Source: Paragordius varius (Eukaryota > Animalia > Nematomorpha). Taken from it: DNA of 64,000 nucleotides. Positions 25,005 to 38,600 of the stretch are shown piece after piece. The notes under the pieces were generated by a model, which ran no database searches, was not told the DNA's origin, and was given only the letters and a program-made list of their open reading frames with translations. The position numbers and the translations under genes were made by a program. The DNA lies in NCBI GenBank assembly GCA_964247055.1, contig OZ176055.1, positions 5,828,001-5,892,000 of the forward strand. Reading direction: 5' to 3'. The first letter of the stretch is position 1, and each line of letters opens with the position of its first letter.

Positions 25005-25683
25005 TCAACCCGCTGCACATAAAAGGGCTTGAAGAGTTGCAATTCGACAAGCTTGTGATTGATTCCCATAAAGTGCAAAATTTTTTCTAAGTTTTTTCTT
25101 TAGATTATTTTCATCTCCTACAGCATGATTTATTTTTTCTGTGGATGGTGCGTCCATTTTTTCCGACGGGAAAAGGACCTCGCCATATTGGCTTATAAAT
25201 TCCTTCATTAATGTTTCATTATTGAACAAAGAATTGATATAAGTGGCATCTTGGTCGCTATGGGTCGGCAAATTTTGTTTTTGTTTAAGAGCTGGAAAAT
25301 TTTTGTATTGTCGTTTATTGTATATGGGCTCATCTTCTCTCCAACCTTAAAATATTTTTTCGAAATTATGAAGTTTGTAAATAGAAATAATCGTTTATAT
25401 AAATAAAATATGTGATGAAAATACCTATTTGTTGTGTGTTAGCTAATTCCGAAATCAGACTTAAGGTATTTTTATCCAAATATTCGGTAGGATTTCTGTT
25501 GCATTCATTACTGTCTTGACATTCAAAATGTTGTTCAACGGTAGGGATCTCCTTTCTATCATTAAAATTATTTATATCTTTGGTCAGATATATTAATCGA
25601 CATTGACTCAATATGGCAAAGTTTAAGATACTAATGATTAATGCTGCAAAAAGGGATTTGTTTGTACATTGGTTAGAGCCCAT
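25005..25683 (-). CDS. Orphan secreted, prohormone-like precursor (two exons)
   Basis: Exon 1 (25683-25426) starts with signal-peptide-like MGSNQCTNKSLFAALIISILNFAILSQC. Exon 2 is an open, GC-richer frame ending KKKLRKNFALYGNQSQACRIATLQALLCAAG*. The exact acceptor and frame of exon 2 are ambiguous. Confidence 0.55.
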
Positions 25684-28600
25684 TTCACTAAAATTTTGTT
25701 TTGATTTAATTTAATTTTTACATTTTTATCTAACCCTAATTATATAAATATTAAATATTTAATAAATATTTATGAGTAAAAATTGATACACATAAAGAGA
25801 TCCTAAATTAAATTTGTCACAAAAGTTACTTAATGTTTTATTGATTTTTCTAATTTTTATATAAGAAAATTTTTTCATGTTATCCGTACGAATTCATAAG
25901 ATAAAGGTAAAAGATTATTTATATGGGTATTTATCTTTCATAAATAGGTATTTTAGGATATACATTTAGGTATCTAATGCTAAATTTAAATATATATATA
26001 TATATATATAGATAAATATATGTATATATAATTGAATATACCATAGTTTTATCAAATAAAATCTAAAAGAAATAGGGATGATTTCAGGGGCAGTCTTAAT
26101 TCCAAGAGAAAGTACATATTTAGTCATATATGATTTTTAATTTGGCATCATGTAGAATCTATAACAAATGGATTTTATTTCTTTTTTTGATTATCATATT
26201 TAGTTGAATTATATAAGAGTGTTAAGTAAAGTGGGGGATATGGCGAGGGTTTCGATATCTTTTTAAAATCAATTGTAAATTAAATTTTTTACTGTACTGT
26301 TTTGGACAAAGTGAACAAGTCGGCGTGCATTCTGCGTTCCATATATGTGAAGTTTCAAATACATATATATATATATATATATATATCTAAACGCTTAATA
26401 TTGCATCATTAATAAAAGTAATTTTTATAAAGTATATTATTAAATATTTTTTATCCGTTCAGGATTCTACATCTGTACAACAAATATTTTCCATAGTTGT
26501 ATAAATTGTTAAACACATTTTAATACTTAAAACTCTGAATCCAATTTTTTTATTGAACTAACGGTAGTATGACTTTGTTTGTCGCCTTTGGATCTCTTGC
26601 GCCTGTTCGTATTTTAGAAACTACAGTTGAGGAAAAAATAAATAAAAAATCAATATATTACATCATTCATTATTGCGCTGCCTAACATATGTGAAATGTT
26701 TTAAATTGTGCCGATATTCAAAAATTTAACCATATATTAGAGATGTACTACAAATAAGGTGTGCCTACTCAAGCTGACGACACTTTTTTAAATATATAAA
26801 AACTTTCGAATGTAACTAAAAAAGTCGGTTAGCTATTAAATTGATGTATATATTTTTATATATATATAAACAACATATGGTCAGTTTAATCTTTACTATT
26901 TTTATTTTTATTGTATTTTTATAACAGTTTATCTCTAAATATTAGTTTGTAAAAAAGAAAGCCGAATTAAAATTTTTCGTTGTTGATTGTGAACTTGACA
27001 TTAATCTTTCGCTCGTTATAATGTAAATGTATATTTTTGTTTACAAAAACGGTACATAAATATATAATCCGCTAGAACTGTTTTTAAGTAATTACCATTA
27101 TATATAATATTTGTTTTGACATAAAATATGAAACATACATATAACCTTATTTAGAAAATTAAAAATAGGATGAACATTATATTCCTTTATATACATTGTT
27201 GATCTGTATATCCTTTTCCGGTTATCGATTTCTATTATTAGAATAATATAATTTAATTTATTCACATGGATAATGACATGGTAGCCAAATTCCATATGAT
27301 TAAACCCATGAAGGTTTTTATTGAGATAATGTATAATTGTTAAAATATAGTTTGATTTGTTGATTTTTTTATGCCTATAAAATCATATGAAAAGTATTTT
27401 TGCATTCCAAAATTTTAGTTAAATAAGTTGAACGGGTTTATTCACTGTCTGACCCACTGCATATCGGAAAAATGGCTTGTTTAAATTAATATAAAATAAA
27501 AGATTTTGAAGTCCAATACTTCCATAAATAGTTTTGAAATTGGAACAGTTTTTTGAATTCAAAATAATATTTTAAATTTCTCTTTTTAAATTATATTACA
27601 ATGTCACCCTTATATTGTTATTTATTTTATTTAAATCACATTTAATATTTTTTTAATTTTTTTAAAAAATTTACATAGGATTTTTTGTGTTAATTCTTTT
27701 GCCTCTATATTGTTATCAAAATAATATCGGAAAAATTTTAAAAAATTAAACTGATAGCGCAAATGTAAATTTAAAACCAAACCCCTAAAAATATCAGAGA
27801 CCGAAACAAAAAAACGCTTTCGGTTTTCATCCCTAGAAAATTTTTAAAATAAAAACTTAATGGTATTTAACAATCAACTGAACGCCAAATGTTGGGCTCT
27901 TATAAATAGCTCGTTATACTTAAGAAGTTTGTCAAAATAGTCATTTGAAAAAATTGTGATACTCACTGTATGTATTATGTAAAGAAAATAAAGTTTTGTC
28001 CATTATTGAATAAATAAATAATTTTAAGAATAGTTTGAGGTTTATTTTATAAATTATTGTTGCGCATTTGATATGGATAAAGTTATATGAAAACAAGGAT
28101 TTAACCAATTTGTTTATAAATATAATTTTTTATTCAACTGAAAACAATTGTTTTGAATATTGCACAAAACTTTAATTTTTATAGCGAAAATTGTTAAAAT
28201 GACAAAACCAAAAAAGTCACAATGGCATAATTTACTTTATAATGCTAAATTATTGCTTTATGCCTAAATTTAAATACAAAAAAGTTATATTTAATTATGA
28301 TGTTCCAGCGACATAAAATTGAAATTTTAAACGTCTATCGTGCGTAGCCTTTCAGGTATTTCAAATATTTTTTACGTTTTATAAAAATGTGCTTTAAGTT
28401 GAAGTTATATGAGTTGATTTGTATTTATTTACCCTGAATACTATATACTCGATCTTGGTTTTTCTGCGTTATATATTAGTCTAAAAAAATATCCATGAAA
28501 ACATGTGACAGAACGAATGGAGTTTCTAAATTCCTAACGGTCGATCAACTTTAAAAGCTAACAATAACAAATACAATAGGGTTGACTGTAAATGAAAGTG

Positions 28601-29064
28601 AATATAAATTAATTCAAGGTGTGACCTTTTAAAAGAGCCACAAAAATTCGACTTGTCTCTAAGGTCACCATATAATACCGATAAAAATTTCAAAGAGTTT
28701 TACACAGTAGCAGAAATATATATACTCTAAATGAGTAATACAATTTTTTTATAAATAATTCAGGGCCAAAAAAGCACTTTTCGAACCTGCCGCCCCTGGG
28801 CCCTGGTTTGATAAACAGTGACAAAATAATACGATTTAATTTTGGTTATTTGGCGGCGTTTACCATAATGAAAGTAAAATTTAGGGCTTTTGCATAAATA
28901 TAGAAAAGAAAAATTTTTTTAAAGCTGTAATGGATAAATATATATAAATTTTATAAGGATATATGTAAAAGATTTGGAGCCTGTGCAGACAATTTAATTT
29001 TATTTATCGTAAATTTTTATCCTAAAAATATTTAAATTTTTAATATATATAAGAATCAATAAAC

Positions 29065-29270
29065 TAGGGTACTCAAACCGGGGCCCACTGACAGCTAAAT
29101 GCTTTTTTATCCTGATTTGTTGACTAAATTTTTGACATAATTGTTTTGAGTGTAAATGTCTGTAATGTCTCAAACAGCTATGGAATTTTTATAGCTATTA
29201 TATGGTGGACAGCCCTTGAGACAAGATAAATATTTTTTGCGGCCCTATAAATTTTTTGGCGAGTACACTA
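29065..29270. mobile_element. hAT-type MITE, about 205 bp
   Basis: Inverted ends TAGGGTACTC...GAGTACACTA. Internal sequence is shared with the copies near 60550, 63750 and 19950. No clear 8-bp TSD. Confidence 0.5.
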
Positions 29271-29622
29271 ACCTTTTCAATATTAAATCCAATCCACATT
29301 TTTTCATTAATGATCGTTCTTACCTAATTTTTATATCAAGATATGGAAAATATATAGACAGTTGTGATAAACTCATAAATATAAGTAATTTATTTTAAGA
29401 ACGCGTATTCAAGGTTAAAGTGGATTGTAATAAGATTTTGTAATTTATGCTGTTTTGTTCCTTATTATCATGCAAAAATTATTTATGTTTTGAGGTTAAT
29501 AATACTGGAATATAGCTGTTAAAATTATATATATAAAGCCTACTAAACATTTATATATTCATCAAATTTATTTAATATATAACTGTTGTAGTATTTTTAA
29601 GTTTTTCTAAATAACTTTTTAG

Positions 29623-32600
29623 GAAGGAGATGGTGTTAGCAGCGGAAAGGGACCTATTAACAACAAGAAGAAAGTCATTAAGGAAAACCGTAAAGAACGT
29701 GGACATTGGGGCAACTATTTTGAATTTATCCTTTCCTGTATCGGGTTTTCGGTTGGGATTGGGAATGTATGGCGGTTTCCATATGTTTGCTATGAAAATG
29801 GTGGAGGTAAAAAACAATAGATATTAAAGTTATTGAAGTAAATTCACGTTTTTAACCGGTTAAAAAATATCCTTTTTACAGCTCATAAATGCAGTCATTC
29901 ACGGTAACTATTATGGATGGTGAAAATGGAATAATATGTCAAATATATAAAAATAAAATTTACTAATCATAATCCTCTTAATATTCATATAATTATACAC
30001 AGTGACAAAAATATATCTTGGTGAAACATATATATATTGTTTATAAACGCATCATTGACATGCTTTTAGTTTGGGGCTTTATGCGTCTATTTAAAATTTT
30101 ATCCTAATTGTTCTACGTGAAATCGCAAAATTTGTGCACATTATGCTGAATAAAATTTTTTTGGTGGAAGCTAGCTAAATACATCATTTTTAAAAATATC
30201 ATTTATATATATCATATACTATAAAGCAAAACAATATTTTAAAGATAGTTTATTTTTTAACTGTGGATTCCGATGATTTCTGGTCGCATCCAAAACGGGC
30301 TGTTTTTTTCAACACGGAAAAATGGCGATATTTGTTATTAGTTTATTATATGGTTAATTATGGAATTAAAAATGTTTTTTAAAAAGCATACTTTGATAAA
30401 AGTTTAATTTAAGTTTCGATAAAAGTGTTTCAGCATGGTGAGAACGGTAGAAAAACCCTTTAAGATATTAAAAGTACACCTTTTCCACATAATTCGATGA
30501 TGCTAAATATTATGATCACCTCAAATTATGGTTAAAATATTTTTTGTGCCTAAATTTTTGTTAAATATAAAATGTGTTTTTTTCACAAAAAAGCTTAAAT
30601 TTTAAGACAGTATTTTAAAATACTGAGGTCTTAGAAATGCTAGTCCTTATGGATCAAATGTTATTATTATACTTAAATGTTTTACTACCATTTTTACCAT
30701 GCACCGAAATACCATAAAATACGGTTGATCAAAATTTTGCTAAAAAACAATTTTTTAACAAAGTATGTTTTTCAAAATATTTTTTTATGCCAGAATCTAG
30801 CACATATTAAAATTTTTTTGTAAATATTGGATTTTTTGCGTTTATTTAGAAAAACTTATCAAGCAGCAAATGTTTAGACTCTGGGATCCATAAAAATATT
30901 ATTGCTTTTTAAATATTAATATTATGGCAAAGATCGTTGTCGATTTATTCCTTTTTCGAAGGTATTTTTTTTCCAGTTTATTCGATTGTAAGCGAGTGCT
31001 GTTAACTGTTGTAAAGAAAGATTGGTTTCTTTGGTTAGGTTTTCGATCCAGCGCATCTTACAGCGTCCACGTATCCTGGATGCTTCAACCTTGCCTGTCA
31101 TTAGTTGGAATTCCAAGTCATTAGCTCTGGTAATGTGACAAAGTATGATAATTTCATTTTAAGGCACATGCCGATCAGGTGTATCTAGGGATTTATTTTG
31201 TCAACGATTACGGTGTTTTTGTCTTTCTAGGTGATTTGTAGTATCTTCCGCCAGCACCACATTTCGAAGCCGTTAATGTATTTTTCGTCATCCTTTTTTA
31301 TTGTCCAACTTTCTGACCCGTATAGCATGCTAGGGAAAATTAGAGATTTAACTAATTGGATTTTTGTTTGAGTTTGATGTCGTGTAACGACCATAGTTTA
31401 TTATATTTTATCATTTTTGATTTAACAATTCCTATTTTTCTTTTGATGTCGGGGGTGCTGTTGTTAGTCGTATTTATAAGACTGCCTAAATAAGTACATT
31501 GGGAAACTACTTCGATTTATTGGTTGTCAAAGGATAAGTTGTTTGAAAGGATCCTGAGCGTTTATATTCATAATTTTAGTTTTTTTTGTAGTTGATCGTC
31601 AGTCCGAATTTTTGACATTCAGTTGAAAATTCTGTTAAGAGTTTTTTTTAGGTTGTCCACTGTGACAGCAGTATAGTATCGTCAGCATAGTGAAGCGATG
31701 ATATAATATTGACGGCGATGCTTATGCCATTAGCTTTTTCTATATTTCTTAATACACTTTCTATGCAAACGTTAAAAAGAGTCGGTGAAAGGACGCGATT
31801 TTGTCGTAAACCATTGTTCATTCGTATCCAATTACTTGTGCCGTGTGGGGTTTTTATGGTTAATGATGAATTGGAGTAAAGTGATTCGATGAGGTTTATA
31901 ATATGATCTGATACTCCAATCTGAGAGAGTGCCTTCCACAGCGTCTTGTGCTTCACGCTGTCGAAGGCCTTTAAAAAATCAATGAAGCAGATATGGGTTT
32001 TTTTCTGAAATTTGATTTGTTTTTCGAATATCCAGTGTATATTGCTAATCATGTCCCTGAATCCGCGATTGTTTTTAAATCCCGCTTGGGTGTTAGAAAA
32101 TTCGGCTTCAATTATGCTTTGGATATCCCTGTGATTTATTTTGAGATAAACTTTTGAGGCTTGGTTGATAACGCTATAGTTCTATAGTTGTTAAATGATT
32201 TAGGATCGCCTTTTTTCAAGATGGGGATGAGTATTGATTTGCAATCTTGGGGGAATGAGGCGTGAGCAAATATCTTTTGGAATGTCAGTTAGGATATCAA
32301 TTGGGATTAACGAATGAGTTCGGTTGGGATATCGTTGTACCTCTCAGATTTTTTGTTTGCGGAATGGTTGAGCGCCCATTCAACTTCTTCTTTGATGATC
32401 GGCGGGTCATGTTGATAGATATTATTGTTTTTATCGGCGTTTGATGGAATGTTGGCGTATAGTTTTAATACATATTGTTCCCATTGTTCCACCAGTGTTT
32501 TTTGTCTGTGATGATATCTCCATCTTCCTTTCTCATTGGGCCTTTGTAACTTTTAGACCTACGTGGAGCATTGTGATCTACTTCAGCAAAGTAGTTGTTG

Positions 32601-35600
32601 TTATATTTAGCAGCTTTTTCTAATTTTGAGCAAAGCTGATTGTAGTGATCGTTTTTGTCTTCCAGAGCGCTTTTTTGGAACTCTGCGTTCAGTGATTTGT
32701 ACTCTGCCGTATTATTATTGCGTTTTGCTTGGCGCCGTTTGTCCGCTAAATCTAAAAATTTTTGTGATAGCTTAATTTTGTTATGATGGGATTGGATAGG
32801 GATGCATTCTCTGGCTGTAGTTTTAGTGATATTTTGTATTGTTTTCCAAAGATTTTCAGTGTCATCGTCAATTTCGAGTGTATCTGTTTTCAGGTAACAA
32901 AGGAAACTCGGGGGAGATCGCAGAAAAATCTAATTTAGGTTTATGCTAAAATTTTGGTTTGCGTGAGAGTACTAGTTTAATTTTAAGTTTAGCTACAAGG
33001 AGATTATGATCAGAATAACAGTCGTAACCAGGGTAGGTTTTTACGTTCATAAATGAAGATTTATATTTTTGCATACCGATGATAAAGTCGATTTGGTTTC
33101 TGTGCCTCTTGCAAGGTGAAATCCATGTGTATAGCCTTCTCTTAGGTTGTTGGAAAAAGGAGTTTGAGATGAAGAATTTATGTTCGCTGCAAAATTCTAT
33201 AAGGCGGTCGCCTCTATCGTTTTTGTTTCCCAGTCCTTTCCCACCAGTGATTTGATGTGTATTATCGTTACCTACTACCGCGTTAAAGTCGCCCAATACA
33301 AATATCATATCTTTTTTGGGAACTTTCTTAATAGCTGAGCTGAGGGCCTCGTAAAATTGTTCGGAGTCTTCTTCGTTGTTAGAGTTAGTAGGGGCATAGA
33401 TTTGGAATATCGTTATTGGTTGTGGAGACGAGTTCAATCGAATTGATATTATGCAATCGCTGTGTGGATGGTGAATTTCAGATGAGTTGGCAAGTGATTT
33501 GGTTACTAATAGGGCCACTCCGTTTCGTTTAAGGGTAATGACCTGAGTATAATAGGATGTGATTTTCATATTCTATGTGACCCTTTAATGGGATGTGGGA
33601 TTCTGCTATCCCTAATACACTGATGTCGAGTTTCACCATGTCTTTTATAATAACTTCGATTTTGTTGGTGGTGCCGCGTGAATTCCATGTACCAATACGT
33701 AAAGACAAATCACTGGAATTAATTTTATTCGAAACAGGCATTGTCTGATTTTGATTGGTTTAGATGATGTAGAAAATGAGGGAGGATCTGTTAGCAATGG
33801 ATAAGTTTGTGATGAAGGATATGAAGAAAAAATGAGTTGTATTTTGGATGATGAATGATATTTTATGGATAATTAATTTTTAGTTTATGATTTTCTTGTG
33901 AATGATGATGTAATGGGAATTAAATAAAAGTAGGAGAAGTAAATGCTTGTCTTAGTTGGTTAAATGCTTTCATTAAAAATGTCGAAAAAAGAAAAAATAC
34001 ATCTTCAAAATAATTGATACCCCTTCAGGGTAGGCATGCCAAGCCTTTCCCACCGCCACTTGATATTATTTGTAATAAAGCATATTCAGCATTCACCAAA
34101 AAATTTTATTTACCATAATAAGCGCATATTTTGAGATTCTTTGATATGGTGCAATAAGCGCAATAAATTTTTAACTCACCCGTAAGACCCAACAAAAGCA
34201 TTATTAAAATCCTGATACATCTGTTTATCAGAATATATATAGGGTATTTTTTAACCCCCGTTCTTCCGAAGTGTTAACACGATCACAAACAAAAATTAAA
34301 TTAAACTTATTATTTTACCATTTTTTTGCAATAAATTCAGGTATACCATTATGTTAAACCACATTAAACACATGTTTGAAATTTTTCCTATAGTATTTAT
34401 AAGCAGTCAGAGTATGGTCTTTGTACTCTAATTTAATTCTTACCATATTTGATTAGTTTTGATGCCGACAATCGGTGTTTAGAGGGAATACTCATTTTTT
34501 ATAACTAAATAATTGTATTAATTTATATATTTTAGGCGCATTTCTCGTACCATTCCTCATTATTTTAATTTTGGTCGGGATTCCGTTATACCTTATGGAA
34601 TTGGGCTTAGGACAATTTACAAGGCTTGGTCCACCTGGCTGTTTCAATCTCGCTCCAATCACGATGGGTATATTCCCATTATAGTACAGTAAAAATATAA
34701 AAACATGAGGATTAATTTTTTAAATTACAACCATACTTGTTAAAACTTGATTAATTTAAATATATCTTATTGTTTTGGATTGCAGTAAAGGAATAGAACT
34801 GTAAATTGTGTAACACACTCAATATATATATTTTAAAATTGTAATAAATCAAATATTTAGTAGAAAAAATCAAAATTTAAAAAAGTATGGTTGTCTTTTG
34901 AAAAAATAATGTTTGTCATCATGTTTTTCCATTTTGTTTGTCTGTATAATTTTATTTTTATTGCAATTCCAAAATTGATGGCAAATAAATTTAATCAAAT
35001 TAATAACCTATTGGAATGATTAAATATTTTAAAAATGGTAAACAGGGGTCGGTGTGGCAATGTTAATTGTGTCCGCTATAACTGGAGTGTTTTATAATGT
35101 TATCATGGCTTACACCCTTTTTTATACTTTTGCATCGTTTCAAAAACGCCTTCCATGGACCCACTGTAACGGAGTATGATGTTTTATTTAACTTTTATAA
35201 TTCATATTTTTTATTAAAAAATTTCTAGGATTTTTTTATTTAATGATTATAATTTATTGTAAGTATAGCCGCACAATACAAAGGATTGTTTTGTACGTTC
35301 AGCTATTGTGGCTCCATTCTATTCCAATTTAAGCATATTTAATCAGACGACGAAACCCACCATGTATAATTTGAGCAAGTACGATATCAAAACTGAGTTT
35401 CTATAAAAATATTTTGAAAATCCATTTTATTTTGATTTGTTACATCCGTTTTTGGTTGATTTCGTAAAAACACTAAGTGAGTTGCATTATTTGTTTAATT
35501 AATCAATCTTGGCACCTTAACTAAATCAAATATTTTTTATACTGAGGTTTCTGCAACCCAACCCTTTTCCCCACAATCAATTGCTGATTACCGATATTGG

Positions 35601-38600
35601 TAACTCTTCACTGCAGTCCAAAAGCTTTGACAATCTTAGCATTTTTGAAGGAATAAACAGGGGATTAATCAGTTCAAGCGAAGAATATTGGATGTAATTC
35701 CTTTTTATTAGTCATTTATTGTTTTTGCATTTTAAATCTTTTTAAAATTCAGTAATGAGAGCTATAACTTGTCGTTTTGTGTATATTAAATGGCTAAAGG
35801 GTTAATTCATTTACATATCTGTTAGCACGTGTGTGATTTTTTATATTAATTACCATTAAAATTATTGCTAACCTGATATTTTATTGAAACAGGCCCCACT
35901 GTATTCTCCAAAATTTCTATTAAATATGTAATTAATAAAAATGATAAATCATAACCAACAGATATGCAAATGATACTCGTTATTATATAATGAAATGTCT
36001 TTACCTAACCACAATATAAAATTTTAAAACTCATTTCACAATTATATATATATATATATATATTGTTTTAGTCATCGTGTGCTAGATATCAAAGGAGCGA
36101 GCGGAATGCATGACCTTGGTGACATAAAATGGGAATTGGCTTTATGTTTATTGTTATCCTGGACACTTGTTTTCCTTACCTTGTATAAGGGTGTGAGCTC
36201 GGCCGGCAAAGTTATATTAAATAATATTATAATTGAGTTGTGACAGAAATATTAAATATGATCAGGGTAAATGATAGTTAAATATTTTTTAAACTCTCGG
36301 AATGACGACATAGCATATTTTGGGGGTGAAAATTTTAAAAATGACATAACATACTTGTTAACTAATATAATCTTAATTAAGCAAAATGTATATGGGCATT
36401 AAACAAAAATACAACTTCAACTTTAATTTAAATATCATTATAACTAACTCTCAATTAATAATTTGTTTTGACGATCTAAATTATATCTTTATATAGATCT
36501 CACTATAACAAATTCAAAATCTCTGAATAGGAATACAATTTTTTGTAAACGCATTATCTCAAAAATTATCATTTTTTTAGTTTTTACTGTCTCTTAAAAA
36601 TTATAAAATTAATTAACATTTGCTTGCTAAGGCACAAATTAAAACGATTTATTTAAGGCCGAATTGACAAACTATAACACTGCTAAAAATTTTCATTATT
36701 TTGTAGGCCATATATTTCACGGCCACTTTCCCCTACCTCATTCTTACTATCCTACTTATCAAAGGGGTAACTCTAAAAGGTGCTGATCAAGGCATATTAT
36801 ATTTTCTAAGACCTCAATGGAATAAGCTCACGCAAATAAAAGTATTTTTATATATTATTACCTTATTTTTTAAAAAAATACCTAAGCTTTGCATAAAATT
36901 GGATCTAGAACTAAGGGATTGAAATCGAATCCATTTTAAGTTTCGTTTACTCTAAGTCAATTAATATATTTCCGTCTATCGATAGTTTTAAAAAAGCGGT
37001 TCTGGACAAAATAGTTCCGGCTGTGTTTTTTTAAGCGGTTGGTTTTACAGTGCATCCATATTACTGGTAGAATGGTAGTCAAAAAAATAATGCAATATTT
37101 CACAAAAATGTTAGTCTAATACATTTTTTGAAAATAATTTACAGTCTAAATCAAAAAGCTATAAATGTTAATTTAAAAATTAAGCACCCAGAAATAAGTT
37201 TGGGGTTCCATTGACAAAAGCGGATTATTTTCCAATACCTGCTACAAACCAAATTTGTAAGAAATAAATAGTTTTTGTGTGATATAAAACTTATTTTATA
37301 GGTGTGGCGCGAAGCAGCTGGCCAAGTGTTTTTCTCTTTATCAGTTGGATTTGGTGGAATTATTGCATTTAGTTCTTTCAATACCTTTAACAACGATTGC
37401 CATAGGTAGCCCATGAAACATATTTTATAAAAAATATTTTATATAGAAATTTACATTCATACTTAATTATTCACATATTTAAAATAAATAAAATGGTGTA
37501 AATAAATTTTTTAAACAGCATATTAAATTGGCGCATCTCTATACATATTTTATTATCAAGAGATGCCTGGATAGTATGTTTAGCTGATACTATTACATCA
37601 ATGATTTCAGGATTCGTGATTTTCAGTGTCATCGGTCACATGTCAGATTATATGGGTGCCACGGATCCTAAATCAGGAAAATTCGTTCCCCTGTCCATAG
37701 AAAAAGTCGTGCAATCTGGAGGTTAATCTCCATTTAGATATCGAATACTTTGTAATTGTTTTATTAAAACTGTATTTAAGTAAAACATTTTTTATTTTAA
37801 ATATAGGGCCTGGTTTAGCGTTTATAGCCTATCCAGAAGCATTGTCTCGATTTTTCCCTTCACAGATGTGGACCGTTATGTTTTTCATTATGCTCTATAT
37901 GCTAGGTATTTAGATATAATATTTTATAGCAAATCGTTAATTTTTTTGCATGCAAAAGATTTCAATTATAAAAATATGTTTCAAGGATTAAATAGTGAAG
38001 TGGCGTTTATTGAAACAATACTATCTGCTTTACATGACAATTTTCCGCGTATATTCCCTTGGAAGTACAAAACATGGCTGTGTCTTGCCTTGTGTATAAT
38101 TGGTTTTTTCTGTGGACTTCCCTGCGTAACTCAAGGTGGACAATATGTCATCAAATTTTTGGATCATTTCGGCTCCAATTTTATAGTGGTAGGAATCGGC
38201 ATTTTCGAAGTGATTGGCATAATGTGGATTTATGGTAAATAAGAGCTACATCCTTATAAACAATGATTTGTGATACACAATATACGAATAATACAAAATT
38301 TATTTTTTCTTAAATTGGCTTAAATTAGATTCTCACCAAATAATTTTTATACTTTTCGATACAATCATAATTAATTGATCATATTAAAACTATCGTAAAA
38401 AAGCAATACATCTGATAAAAATTATCCCTGATATTAAAATTATATCCAATTTTAGGAATCGTATTCGCATTTTTATTCGATGAAATTTTAATTTTCCTCT
38501 TTATAAAATAAATTTCGTAAAATACATCTTTAATTAAATATGCTTTTATTTTTATAATAATTAAAAAAATATATAATCGAATTAATATTGTTTTTAAATA

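Noticed and set aside
26570-26625. Exon-like minus-strand block (FLKYEQAQEIQRRQT)
   Set aside because: It is short, has no recognisable motif and could not be linked in phase to a gene.
29630-29827. ORF-track protein [10 protein letters not shown]... (and 41557-41754 MIQMGQTK...)
   Set aside because: These are off-frame shadows. The SLC6 TM1 sequence ([10 protein letters not shown]...) is in a different frame of the same DNA.
29998-30012. CACAGTGACAAAAA resembling a RAG RSS heptamer/nonamer or Transib end (also CACTGTG near 23768)
   Set aside because: There is no spacer, no matching opposite end and no transposase. A 7-mer can occur by chance.
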